In this document: piece after piece, positions 1 to 8,304 of the stretch
How the letters are laid out: every line of letters starts with the position of its first letter
Position numbering within the stretch: position 1 is the stretch's first letter
Virus record (IMG/VR): IMGVR_UViG_3300002091_000017
Span: 1 to 32,033 of that record
Strand: one strand, 5' to 3'
DNA from: a virus
Length of the DNA: 32,033 nucleotides
Position numbers and translations under genes: made by a program
Notes under the pieces: generated by a model
Databases searched by the model: none
Seen by the model: the letters and a program-made list of their open reading frames with translations, nothing else
What the model was told of the DNA's origin: nothing

Positions 1-64
1 TAACTTAAATGGGTATAGCACAAGATTAGGTTAAAATGAGTGGCAAGACCATCCTAATCGATTG
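1..64. repeat. Left copy of 64-bp terminal direct repeat
   Basis: taacttaaatgggtatagcacaagattaggttaaaatgagtggcaagaccatcctaatcgattg recurs exactly at 31970-32033. It contains the inverted repeat GATTAGG (24-30) / CCTAATC (53-59). Confidence 0.95.
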
Positions 65-90
65 AACATTAACTTAGGTAGCATTAGTAT
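62..90 (+). promoter_or_regulatory. Candidate sigma70-type promoter for the rightward small-ORF operon
   Basis: TTGAAC (62-67), 17-nt spacer, TAGTAT (85-90), in gene-free DNA about 90 nt upstream of the first small ORF (177). Confidence 0.3.
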
Positions 91-176
91 TAATATGTAG
101 TCCTTATTAATATGGATGGAAAGTGGGGTTACCACTCTAGGTCAGCGTATTGTTAAAAAATATAGATTAAATATAT

Positions 177-269
177 ATGAATAGTAAAGAAATCAAAGAA
201 TTTGAAACTAAGTTAGATAAATTAATTATTGTGTTGTTTTTAGTCATATTCTTTTTTTTATGTATCTAA
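177..269 (+). CDS. Hypothetical 30-aa protein with C-terminal hydrophobic helix
   Basis: Hand-read ORF, below the ORF-track cutoff: MNSKEIKEFETKLDKLIIVLFLVIFFFLCI. The TAA at 267-269 abuts the next ATG at 270. Confidence 0.3.
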   Translation: MNSKEIKEFETKLDKLIIVLFLVIFFFLCI

Positions 270-446
270 ATGGATACAAATAGTGAAGATTGGAGAAGAA
301 TCTGTGAAGCAACTTCAACATTAAAGACAGAAAAACAACAGAGAATTAAATATTTAAATTTAGTAGAAAAACATCGTGGTATAGTTGCAAGACAAGAATT
401 AGAAGCAGAGATTCTTAAACAGTGGAACATTTTAAAGGGAAAATAG
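270..446 (+). CDS. Hypothetical 58-aa protein
   Basis: Hand-read ORF MDTNSEDWRRICEATSTLKTEKQQRIKYLNLVEKHRGIVARQELEAEILKQWNILKGK. It is packed tightly between neighbouring ORFs. The track ORF 266-454 (-) is its antisense shadow. Confidence 0.45.
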   Translation: MDTNSEDWRRICEATSTLKTEKQQRIKYLNLVEKHRGIVARQELEAEILKQWNILKGK

Positions 447-447
447 A

Positions 448-591
448 ATGTCATCTTATTTAATATGGTTTATAGGTATAGTCTATCTATACGTTGCTAT
501 TGAACAGATTAGCAAAGGTAATATAGCACTAGGTGTGTCATTTGTAGGATATTTTATAGGCAACATTGGACTAGGACTGGTGGCTAAATGA
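448..591 (+). CDS. Hypothetical 47-aa membrane protein (two hydrophobic helices)
   Basis: Hand-read ORF MSSYLIWFIGIVYLYVAIEQISKGNIALGVSFVGYFIGNIGLGLVAK. Its TGA overlaps the ATG of the next gene (ATGA at 588-591). Confidence 0.45.
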   Translation: MSSYLIWFIGIVYLYVAIEQISKGNIALGVSFVGYFIGNIGLGLVAK

Positions 592-911
592 TAAATCCAA
601 ATGATGAAATACAACACATAGTTGATCTTATTGATGACTATGCTAATGCTGATGCTAATCTTGCATGGTTAGACAGCTATAAATCAGCTTTAAAAGCCTT
701 AAAAATGAAAGAAAGCCCTAGCCCATCTGTGGCTGGTAAAGAAATGGATGCGTTAGCTTCTGAAGATTATTTACAATATTGCTATGACTTAGAAGAAGCT
801 AAACGTAAATATACAGCATTAAAATTAACTATTGAAACAGCTAAAATGAAAGTGGAAGTCTGGCGAACAGAACAAGCCACCAATAGACAAATCGAAAAAA
901 TAACACGTTGA
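588..911 (+). CDS. Hypothetical protein (107 aa)
   Basis: ATG start coupled to the upstream ORF. Its stop overlaps the TTG start of the HNH gene. No motif recognised. Confidence 0.7.
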   Translation: MINPNDEIQHIVDLIDDYANADANLAWLDSYKSALKALKMKESPSPSVAGKEMDALASEDYLQYCYDLEEAKRKYTALKLTIETAKMKVEVWRTEQATNRQIEKITR

Positions 912-1177
912 ACAAAGCAGAAAAAGAATTATATGGAAAAATTGCACAATTGGGATGCTCTCTCTGTCGCTACCTTAAATTTGGCGAAACAGAATGTGAA
1001 ATTCATCACATTAGAAGATTTGGTGGGAAAAGAAAAAATGCCGAAGTTATTGGACTTTGCCCAGAACATCACAGAGGGAATACTGGTGTTCACGGACTTG
1101 GCAGAAAAGGATTTGAAACTCGCTACGGCATTGACGAGCAAGCCTTACTTGAACTCACCTTGGAAATAATATGCTAA
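908..1177 (+). CDS. HNH nuclease, Ref (recombination enhancement)-like
   Basis: The pattern CSLCRY...CEIHHIRRFGGKRKN...GLCPEHHRGNTGVHGLGRKGFE matches the Cys/His HNH core arrangement I recall for P1 Ref-family nucleases. The TTG start at 908 overlaps the upstream TGA. There is no in-frame ATG. Confidence 0.75.
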   Translation: MNKAEKELYGKIAQLGCSLCRYLKFGETECEIHHIRRFGGKRKNAEVIGLCPEHHRGNTGVHGLGRKGFETRYGIDEQALLELTLEIIC

Positions 1178-1500
1178 GTTTTCCTTGGTATCCTAAAGAA
1201 TTAAATCCTAATTCATCCTGTCATTTTCATGTAAAAGCTAAAAAACGTGCTATTTACAAAAACGAGTGCTTTTGGCTGACTAAAATGGCAAATATACCTA
1301 AGTCTGATTACGCAGAAATGCACATTATTTTTTATAAACCTAATCGTAGGCACATGGACTTAGACAATATGCTTGCAAGTATGAAGTCTGGGTTAGATGG
1401 AATGTGCGATGCTCTTGAAATGGATGATCGCTGTTTTAAGAAAATAACGATAGAAATATCAGAAAATATAGGTGGAATGGTAAAAATTATGCTATATTAA
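1171..1500 (+). CDS. rusA: RusA-family Holliday junction resolvase
   Basis: RRHMDLDNMLASMKSGLDGMCDALEMDDRCF fits the RusA acidic catalytic block (D-x-D-N ... K ... D ... DD). Its size (109 aa) and its position next to recombination genes also fit. Confidence 0.75.
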   Translation: MLSFPWYPKELNPNSSCHFHVKAKKRAIYKNECFWLTKMANIPKSDYAEMHIIFYKPNRRHMDLDNMLASMKSGLDGMCDALEMDDRCFKKITIEISENIGGMVKIMLY

Positions 1501-1529
1501 GCATATCGTGACGATTATTGGGGTAATCT

Positions 1530-1892
1530 ATGGAACAAAAAATGGCTTTATTTTTAGCTACATTACTTCATAGTGGCACTAATACTCATTTCATGCATTG
1601 GGCTACAACATCTTATGCTCAACACAAAACTCTTGGTAAATTCTACGAAAACATCATAGAGCTAACAGATCAACTGGCTGAGGCATATTTTGGTTGTTAT
1701 GGCCAAATTAAGACATTTCCTGACAATTATCATTTGCCTAAGAGTGATCCGTTAAATTACATACAGTCATTACAACGATTTGTTAAAGACGCTAGAGGTG
1801 ATCTTCCTGACGAATCTGAGATTGTGCAGCTTATTGACAATATTGCTCAGGAAATCGACACCACCATTTATTTGCTGAAGTTTAAAGGATAA
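1530..1892 (+). CDS. Dps-like / ferritin-like four-helix-bundle protein (short form)
   Basis: LATLLHSGTNTHFMHWATTSYAQHKTLGKFYENIIELTDQLAEAYFG resembles the Dps helix A/B block (fHW ... lH..f.e.y.el....D.lAE). At 120 aa it is shorter than cellular Dps. Confidence 0.5.
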   Translation: MEQKMALFLATLLHSGTNTHFMHWATTSYAQHKTLGKFYENIIELTDQLAEAYFGCYGQIKTFPDNYHLPKSDPLNYIQSLQRFVKDARGDLPDESEIVQLIDNIAQEIDTTIYLLKFKG

Positions 1893-1895
1893 ATC

Positions 1896-2081
1896 ATGCC
1901 ATTAATAAAATCATCCAGTCAAAAAGCTGTAGGCGAGAACATTAAACGTGAAGAAGCAAGTGGCAAAAAACCTAAACAAGCGATAGCGATTGCGTTATCT
2001 GTTCAGCGTAAAGAAGCATCAGGAAAGCGTAAAAAGACGCTAGAAGATGCTTATGCTCGGCATGTAGAAGAAAATGCCTAA
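1896..2081 (+). CDS. Small basic conserved phage protein (61 aa)
   Basis: MPLIKSSSQKAVGENIKREEASGKKPKQAIAIALSVQRK resembles a small-protein family I recall from phage genomes. It is tightly packed in the operon. Confidence 0.65.
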   Translation: MPLIKSSSQKAVGENIKREEASGKKPKQAIAIALSVQRKEASGKRKKTLEDAYARHVEENA

Positions 2082-2367
2082 GTCAATTAAAGACCACATT
2101 CGTGATGCAGTAGAAAAGCACGATAAGCCTATTGCTAAGACAACGACTGGTAAAGGCAAGAATTATCTTCCTACAAGCGAAGGTGCTGGTATGACGGCAA
2201 AAGGTAGAGCAGCATATAACGCTAAGAATAACGCACACTTACAAGCACCACAGGCCTCAGGATCAAGACACGATAGTTTTTGTGCAAGAATGTCTGGTGT
2301 AGTAGCACACTCAAAAGGTGATGCACCACGAGCAAAAGCAAGTTTAAAGAGGTGGCATTGTGGCTAA
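2074..2367 (+). CDS. Small basic conserved phage protein (97 aa)
   Basis: The blocks GMTAKGRAAYNAKNNAHLQAP ... RHDSFCARMSG ... SLKRWHC look family-like. It overlaps its neighbours by 8 nt on each side. Confidence 0.65.
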   Translation: MPKSIKDHIRDAVEKHDKPIAKTTTGKGKNYLPTSEGAGMTAKGRAAYNAKNNAHLQAPQASGSRHDSFCARMSGVVAHSKGDAPRAKASLKRWHCG

Positions 2368-2545
2368 AAACGGACTATACGCAAATATCCATGCTAAACA
2401 AGAACGTATTAAGCATGGATCAGGTGAAAAGATGAACAAAGTAAGCTCAAAAAATGCACCTACGGCAGAAGATTTCAAACAATCTGCTAAAACTGCTAAA
2501 AAACCTAGACGTAAAGTTATTGAAGATGCTATGGAGAATATGTAA
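2360..2545 (+). CDS. Small basic protein (61 aa), GTG start
   Basis: GTG at 2360 is preceded by GAGG (2349-2352). The N-terminus GLYANIHAKQERIKHGSGEKM resembles a recurring phage small-protein motif. Confidence 0.6.
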   Translation: MAKNGLYANIHAKQERIKHGSGEKMNKVSSKNAPTAEDFKQSAKTAKKPRRKVIEDAMENM

Positions 2546-2694
2546 TGGAACACATGAACCGTAAGTACCCAAAAGAAAACGCTATGCTTAGACCGCATAA
2601 AGAATCTACGATAGAAAAAAACCAAGCTAAACGCATTGCTAGACGTAAAGAACTAGAAAAGCGTTTTGATTACGTTAAAAATGACAAATTCTAA
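2545..2694 (+). CDS. Hypothetical 49-aa basic protein
   Basis: Hand-read ORF MEHMNRKYPKENAMLRPHKESTIEKNQAKRIARRKELEKRFDYVKNDKF. Its ATG overlaps the upstream TAA (TAATG). It ends 2 nt before ATG 2697. Confidence 0.45.
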   Translation: MEHMNRKYPKENAMLRPHKESTIEKNQAKRIARRKELEKRFDYVKNDKF

Positions 2695-2696
2695 TC

Positions 2697-4055
2697 ATGG
2701 AATACGATTTATCCTACGATGACTCACCAAGTTTAAAACAAACTTTGGCAGATTTATTGCGTGGTATGTCAAAAAAGCAAGCATATCAAGAACTAGGTCA
2801 AGGCATACAAAACACAGCAAAAGTAATTCCTAGCGTAGTTGAATCATTAGGTCGTGGTGCAATTGCACAAGTGCCTGGCACAGTTGGTGACATTAGCCAA
2901 TTAGCGAGACAGTTTGCACCTAAAACTATGCAAAACGTCATGGGTAATCGAGTAGCACCTACAACTGAAGAAATTTTAGCTAAAGTACCTAGATTAAATC
3001 CTAACTATGAAGGCAGTAATCAGCATGAAATGATTGGTGGCTTAGTTAGTCCAGCTATGCCATTTTTATTAAGAGCTGGTGCTAAAGCTACCCAAAATAT
3101 GCCTATTGGTAACATGATTGCTTATCATGGTACTCCACATGAAATTCAAGGTGGCTTTGATATAAGTAAAGTAGGAACTGGTGAAGGTGCTCAATCTTAT
3201 GGTCATGGAATGTATTTTGCTGAAAATCCTATTGTAGCGGAAGGTTATAAAGAAGCCTTATCTAATTTTAAAACAACTTTAGATGGAGTGCCAATAACTT
3301 CTGATAATCCTAAATTTTCAGCAGTAATGACAATTGGTTCTCAAGGTTATAAAAAAGCTTTAGAACAAGCCGAACTTGCTAAAAAATCAGGTTTTGTTAA
3401 ACCTGAAATTGCTAATCAAGAAATTGCAAATATTAAAGCATTAAAAAATTCAAAAATAGAATCTGTTAAACAAGGCAATTTATACAAAGTAGATATACCT
3501 GATAAAGACATACCTAATATGCTTGATTGGGATAAGCCATTAAGAGAACAATCTGATGTTGTTAGACAAGCATTAGGACTGCCTGAAGATAAGTTTGCTG
3601 GATTTAAAGTACCAGCCACAGGCACAAACTATAGTTTTTCGCCAAAAATGACAGGTGCAGAGTTTTACAAAGAATTAACTGACCTTGCTAAAACAAAAGC
3701 AGGTGCTACAGAAATGCTTAATTCTATGGGCGTTAAAGGAATACGTTATTTAGATGAAGGAAGTAGAGATATTCCAAAATATTCAGGCGATATTGCTTAT
3801 ATTCATGCTGGAAACGATTTTAAAAAACATAATTACACATTAGATGACGCATTAAGTGGCATGAAACAAGCATACAAAAATGCTAATGTTAAAGAACTTA
3901 AAGATGCACTTAATGAAGTGTATGGCATAAAACCTAAACAAACATCTAACTTTGTAGTATTTGATCCTAAAGAAGTAAAGATACTAGAAAAGAACAGTAA
4001 ACCTGTTACTCGTAAAGACATCATAGAAGAACAATTAAATAACATTAAAAAATAG
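2697..4055 (+). CDS. 452-aa protein with a conserved domain of the type seen in phage/plasmid polyvalent proteins; function unknown
   Basis: Ordered blocks: AYHGTPHEIQGGFDISKVGTGEGAQSYGHGMYFAENP, GNLYKVDIPDKDIPNMLDWDKPLREQ, MLNSMGVKGIRYLDEGSR, TSNFVVFDPKEVKIL. From memory, this block order recurs in large polyvalent proteins of phages and conjugative elements. Confidence 0.6.
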   Translation: MEYDLSYDDSPSLKQTLADLLRGMSKKQAYQELGQGIQNTAKVIPSVVESLGRGAIAQVPGTVGDISQLARQFAPKTMQNVMGNRVAPTTEEILAKVPRLNPNYEGSNQHEMIGGLVSPAMPFLLRAGAKATQNMPIGNMIAYHGTPHEIQGGFDISKVGTGEGAQSYGHGMYFAENPIVAEGYKEALSNFKTTLDGVPITSDNPKFSAVMTIGSQGYKKALEQAELAKKSGFVKPEIANQEIANIKALKNSKIESVKQGNLYKVDIPDKDIPNMLDWDKPLREQSDVVRQALGLPEDKFAGFKVPATGTNYSFSPKMTGAEFYKELTDLAKTKAGATEMLNSMGVKGIRYLDEGSRDIPKYSGDIAYIHAGNDFKKHNYTLDDALSGMKQAYKNANVKELKDALNEVYGIKPKQTSNFVVFDPKEVKILEKNSKPVTRKDIIEEQLNNIKK

Positions 4056-4095
4056 TATATAATTTAACGTATATAAATCAACCACTTGAGAATAT

Positions 4096-4422
4096 ATGAA
4101 TAAAAAAATAGCGAAAAATACCGAACATCCTAATTTAAATGTAGGTCGTAAGCCAGGAGTACCTAATAAATCAACCACAATGGCACGAGAAGCGATTGCA
4201 AGATTTGTTGATGGTAATGCTCACAAAATGCAAGAATGGCTTGAGAAGGTCGCTGATGGCGTTAAAGACGATAAAGATAAATGGATAGTTCCACCTGCAC
4301 CTGATAAAGCATTTCAAATGCTACAGACTATTATGGAATACCACATACCTAAACTTGCTAGACAAGAAGTAGTAGGCGATGAAAAAGCACCTGTACGCAT
4401 GGTGATTTCTTGGAAGAAGTAG
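4096..4422 (+). CDS. Putative terminase small subunit
   Basis: It is 108 aa with a basic N-terminal DNA-binding-like segment (GRKPGVPNKSTTMAREAIARF). It lies immediately upstream of terL and overlaps it by 13 nt. Confidence 0.6.
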   Translation: MNKKIAKNTEHPNLNVGRKPGVPNKSTTMAREAIARFVDGNAHKMQEWLEKVADGVKDDKDKWIVPPAPDKAFQMLQTIMEYHIPKLARQEVVGDEKAPVRMVISWKK

Positions 4423-5753
4423 AAATAGAACTAGAATACGCACCTAGAAGCGTATTTCAAGACTTCCACAACAGACAAGAACGATGGGCAGTCATAGTCG
4501 CACATAGACGCTGTGGCAAGACTGTGGCTGTATTAAACGACACAATATATAGAGCATTGACAGAAGGCAAAGAAAACGCACAGTACGCTTATATTGCTCC
4601 TTACTATGCACAGGCAAAGTCTATTGCTTGGTCATATTTACTAAGATTTACTGAACCAGTACGCAAACAAGCAAATCAATCTGAATTATGGGTAGAACTC
4701 ATTAATGGTGCAAAGATACGACTATTTGGTGGTGATAATCCAGACGCACTTCGAGGAAATTACCTAGATGGCGTAGTTTTAGACGAAATGGCTGACATGA
4801 AGCCTAGACTTTGGGGAGAAATTGTCAGACCATTACTTGCTGACAGATTAGGATGGGCTACGTTTATTGGTACACCTAAAGGACACAATGGATTTTATGA
4901 GATATTCTCAAGAGCAGAACAGCAGCAGAACTGGTACGTTAAAGTTTTAAGAGCTAGTCAAACTCAGATACTTCCACAAGAAGAACTAGACGATGCTAAG
5001 TCGATGATGTCATACGATCAGTACCAAGCTGAGTTCGAATGTGATTTCGAATCAGCAATTATTGGAGCATATTATGGCAAAGAGATGCGTGAGCTTACTG
5101 ATAGCAATAGGATTACAGACGTTATTTGTGATGATATGTTTAAAGTTAATACAGCATGGGACTTGGGCTATTCAGACGATACGAGCATTTGGTGGTATCA
5201 AGTAGTACATGGCGAGATACGAGTATTAGACTATCACAGTAGTAATGGTGAGACAGTAGACTACTATACAGACTTGATTAAGCAGAAAAAGCGTGAATTT
5301 GGGTACGAATATGGCATACATTGGCTACCACATGATGCACGAGCAAAGACATTAGCAAGTGGTGGCAAGTCAATTATTGAGCAAATATCTAACAAAATAC
5401 CTATAGAATCGCTTAAAATAGTACCAAGTCTATCTTTACAAGATGGTATTCAAGCAAGTAGAATGGCATTAAAGAGATCGTGGTTTGATCATAAATGTAT
5501 AGAAGGTATTGAGTGTTTAAGGCAATATCAGCGTGAGTATGATGAAGATAAGAAAGTGTTTAGAGATAAGCCTAGACATGATTGGACTTCACATGGTGCT
5601 GACGCTTACAGGATGCTAAGTATCGCTTGGAAAGATGAAGATAAAGTTCTCTCGAAAGACAACTCGATTAGAGGAATATCAGTAGGTGAAAATGAAGTAT
5701 CACTAAACGAATTATGGGCAGTTTCGCCTAAACCGAGTTACAGGAGAATATAA
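4410..5753 (+). CDS. terL: Terminase large subunit
   Basis: Walker A-like HRRCGKT and Walker B-like GVVLDEMAD, plus a C-terminal nuclease-like region (WDLGYSDDTSIWW ... HDWTSHGADAYR). TTG at 4410 is the only start after the upstream in-frame stop, with GGTGA 5 nt upstream. Confidence 0.9.
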   Translation: MEEVEIELEYAPRSVFQDFHNRQERWAVIVAHRRCGKTVAVLNDTIYRALTEGKENAQYAYIAPYYAQAKSIAWSYLLRFTEPVRKQANQSELWVELINGAKIRLFGGDNPDALRGNYLDGVVLDEMADMKPRLWGEIVRPLLADRLGWATFIGTPKGHNGFYEIFSRAEQQQNWYVKVLRASQTQILPQEELDDAKSMMSYDQYQAEFECDFESAIIGAYYGKEMRELTDSNRITDVICDDMFKVNTAWDLGYSDDTSIWWYQVVHGEIRVLDYHSSNGETVDYYTDLIKQKKREFGYEYGIHWLPHDARAKTLASGGKSIIEQISNKIPIESLKIVPSLSLQDGIQASRMALKRSWFDHKCIEGIECLRQYQREYDEDKKVFRDKPRHDWTSHGADAYRMLSIAWKDEDKVLSKDNSIRGISVGENEVSLNELWAVSPKPSYRRI

Positions 5754-6055
5754 TGGCTGTTCAACTACCATACGGTGTTACATACGAACATGTAAACGCA
5801 TCCACCACAGCACAAGTCTTAGGAGCAACAGGTGCAGCAGGTGACACATTAATGAGATTAGTAATTACAGTAACTACAGCAGCAGGTTCAGCAGTATCTA
5901 TTCAAGATGGTGCTTCTTTTAGCCATACAGTTATGGCAGCAAACACACCAATTGGAGCATATTCATTAGATATAATGGCTGATTCACAATTTGGTGCATG
6001 GAAAGTAACGACAGGATCAGGCGTAGAAGCATTAGCCATTGGCGATTTTAGTTAA
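5753..6055 (+). CDS. Hypothetical protein between terL and portal (100 aa)
   Basis: Its ATG overlaps the terL TAA (TAATG). It is an Ala/Thr/Gly-rich small protein with no motif recognised. Confidence 0.7.
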   Translation: MAVQLPYGVTYEHVNASTTAQVLGATGAAGDTLMRLVITVTTAAGSAVSIQDGASFSHTVMAANTPIGAYSLDIMADSQFGAWKVTTGSGVEALAIGDFS

Positions 6056-6057
6056 TT

Positions 6058-8304
6058 ATGAAGCACACTTACACAGATTGGTACAATAGGATATTGTCCT
6101 ATGAACGTGCCTTTAAGAAATGGGAAGGTCGAGCAGATAAGATTCTAAAGCGTTATCGTGACGATTCAAGAACACAGAACAATCCTAATGCTCGATTCAA
6201 TATTCTGTACTCTAACGTACAGACAATCACACCAGCAGTATTCGCTAGATTACCTAGACCAGACGTTACTAGACGATTTAAGGACAACGATCCAATAGGT
6301 CGAGTAGCGTGTATGTTGCTAGAACGTGCTTTAGAGTACGAATTAGAACATTACTCTGACTACAAGACAGCGATGGATTCATCTGTATTTGACAGAATGA
6401 TAGGTGGTCGTGGTACAGCTTGGGTAAGATATGAGCCACACATTGTTGCAGGTGAACAAGGACTTCCTGAAGATGGCTTAGAAGTGTCAGACGTTGTTGA
6501 TGACATGGATGAAGCACCAAGTGAAAAAAACGAAGAAATTGAATACGAATGTGCTCCTGTAGACTATATTCATTGGAGAGACTTTGGTCACTCAGTAGGT
6601 AGAACATGGGAAGAAGTAACTTGGGTATATCGTAAAGTCTACATGAATCGTAATGCTTTAGTTGAACGCTTTGGCGAAGAACTAGGCTATGAGATACCTT
6701 TAGATATGAAGCCTGAAGAAGGCAAGTCATACACTCAGAATCAAAATATGCCTGAACAAGCTCTTATCTATGAGATATGGGATAAAGAGACAGGCGATGC
6801 TATCTGGTTAAGTAAGTCAATGGGCAAAATTCTTGATGAAAAGCCTGATCCATTAGAGTTAGAAGGATTCTTTCCTTGTCCTAAGCCGTTATATTCAAAC
6901 ATTACTACTGAAAACTTAGAGCCTATTCCTGATTTCACGATGTATCAAGATCAAGCAAAAGAACTTGATACGTTAGCTGACAGAATAGATGGCTTAATCA
7001 ATGCGTTAAAAGTTCGTGGTGTATTTGATGCAAGTGCAAGTGAACTAAATCGTCTGTTTTCTGAAGGCGAAAACAATACATTGATACCTGTAAAGAATTG
7101 GGGAGCATTTGCTGAGAAGCAAGGACTTAGAGGTGCAATAGATTTGATTGATATTCAACCATTTGCTAGTGCTTTGATGTCATGTTATCAAGCAATGGAA
7201 CAAGTTAAAGGTCAGATTTACGAGATTATGGGCATTGCTGACATTCAGCGTGGTCAGACTGATCCTAATGAGACACTAGGTGCTCAGATAATCAAGAGTA
7301 ACAACGCAGCAGGTCGATTAAAGACTATGCAGCACAATGTTGTGAACTTTGCGACTAAGATACTGAACTTAAAAGCACAGATTATCTGCAATCATTTTAC
7401 TGAAGAAACCATTATTAAGATTAGTGGTGCATCACAGTTAAGCGACAACGATAAACAATTAGTTCCACAAGCATTAATGTTGTTAAAAGACGAATCAGCT
7501 AAGAACTTCAGAATTGAAGTGACATCTGACTCAATGATTTACCAAGATGAGATGCAAGAAAAGCAAGATCGTATGGAATTCTTGCAAGCTGTAGGTAATT
7601 TCATGCAAAACATCATTCCATTAGGTCAATCAGCACCAGAACTTGTACCTATGGCGATGGAAATGCTTAAATTTGGCGTGACAGGCTTCAAAGTAGGTAA
7701 AGGATTAGAAGGATTGATAGACGAAACAGCAGACAAATTGAAAGAAATGGCTGCTCAACCTAAACAACCACAACCTAATCCTGAAATGATGAAGATTCAA
7801 GCTCAATCACAAGCTAAACAAGCAGAAATGCAAATGTCAGCTCAGATTGAACAGCAGAAACTACAAGCACAAATGCAAGCTGAAACTCATAAACAACAGA
7901 TGCAAGCTCAAGAAAACTCATTGCGTAATCAATTAGAGCATGAGAGACAACAAGCTGATCGTGAGATGGAAATGAAGCTCGCACAAATGAAAATGATGAC
8001 TGAAAGAAATACGCAGTTACTACTTGCTTACATAAATAACGGTGCAAAAGTAGAAGTAGCAAGAATAGGAGCATCCACAGACGATGGAGCAATGGCATTT
8101 GCAGAGTATCAGAATGATGCTGACATGATGCAAGCACAAGAGCATCCATTAGCACCATTAGCTAACGCAATTACACAAGGTCATCAACAGATGTCAGATT
8201 CTATTGGTCAGTTAATAGGTACATTACAACAGCAACATGAAATGGCAAATCGACCAAAACAAGTTATACGAGATGAACAAGGTAAAATTGTAGGAGTCCA
8301 GTAA
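6058..8304 (+). CDS. Portal protein with long Gln-rich coiled-coil C-terminal extension
   Basis: It is 748 aa and follows terL. The N-terminal block NILYSNVQTITPAVFARLPRPDVTRRFKDNDPIGRVACMLLERALEY looks like podovirus-type portals. The C-terminal ~190 aa are Q/M/E-rich heptad-like sequence. Confidence 0.85.
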   Translation: MKHTYTDWYNRILSYERAFKKWEGRADKILKRYRDDSRTQNNPNARFNILYSNVQTITPAVFARLPRPDVTRRFKDNDPIGRVACMLLERALEYELEHYSDYKTAMDSSVFDRMIGGRGTAWVRYEPHIVAGEQGLPEDGLEVSDVVDDMDEAPSEKNEEIEYECAPVDYIHWRDFGHSVGRTWEEVTWVYRKVYMNRNALVERFGEELGYEIPLDMKPEEGKSYTQNQNMPEQALIYEIWDKETGDAIWLSKSMGKILDEKPDPLELEGFFPCPKPLYSNITTENLEPIPDFTMYQDQAKELDTLADRIDGLINALKVRGVFDASASELNRLFSEGENNTLIPVKNWGAFAEKQGLRGAIDLIDIQPFASALMSCYQAMEQVKGQIYEIMGIADIQRGQTDPNETLGAQIIKSNNAAGRLKTMQHNVVNFATKILNLKAQIICNHFTEETIIKISGASQLSDNDKQLVPQALMLLKDESAKNFRIEVTSDSMIYQDEMQEKQDRMEFLQAVGNFMQNIIPLGQSAPELVPMAMEMLKFGVTGFKVGKGLEGLIDETADKLKEMAAQPKQPQPNPEMMKIQAQSQAKQAEMQMSAQIEQQKLQAQMQAETHKQQMQAQENSLRNQLEHERQQADREMEMKLAQMKMMTERNTQLLLAYINNGAKVEVARIGASTDDGAMAFAEYQNDADMMQAQEHPLAPLANAITQGHQQMSDSIGQLIGTLQQQHEMANRPKQVIRDEQGKIVGVQ

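Noticed and set aside
933-1169. Same-strand alternative-frame ORFs inside known genes (933-1169, 12343-12528, 14651-14833, 15859-16044, 22812-23012) and plus-strand ORFs antisense to early genes (27286-27477, 28350-28616)
   Set aside because: They are embedded in genes with clear homology-type motifs (HNH, capsid, tail proteins, fibre, exonuclease). No RBS or coupling signals are present, and the translations look random.
4035-4063. TTAAAT-17-TATAAT read as a promoter for the terminase operon
   Set aside because: The -10 is consensus but the -35 is poor, and the region is extremely AT-rich, so chance matches are expected. It is too weak to list as a feature.
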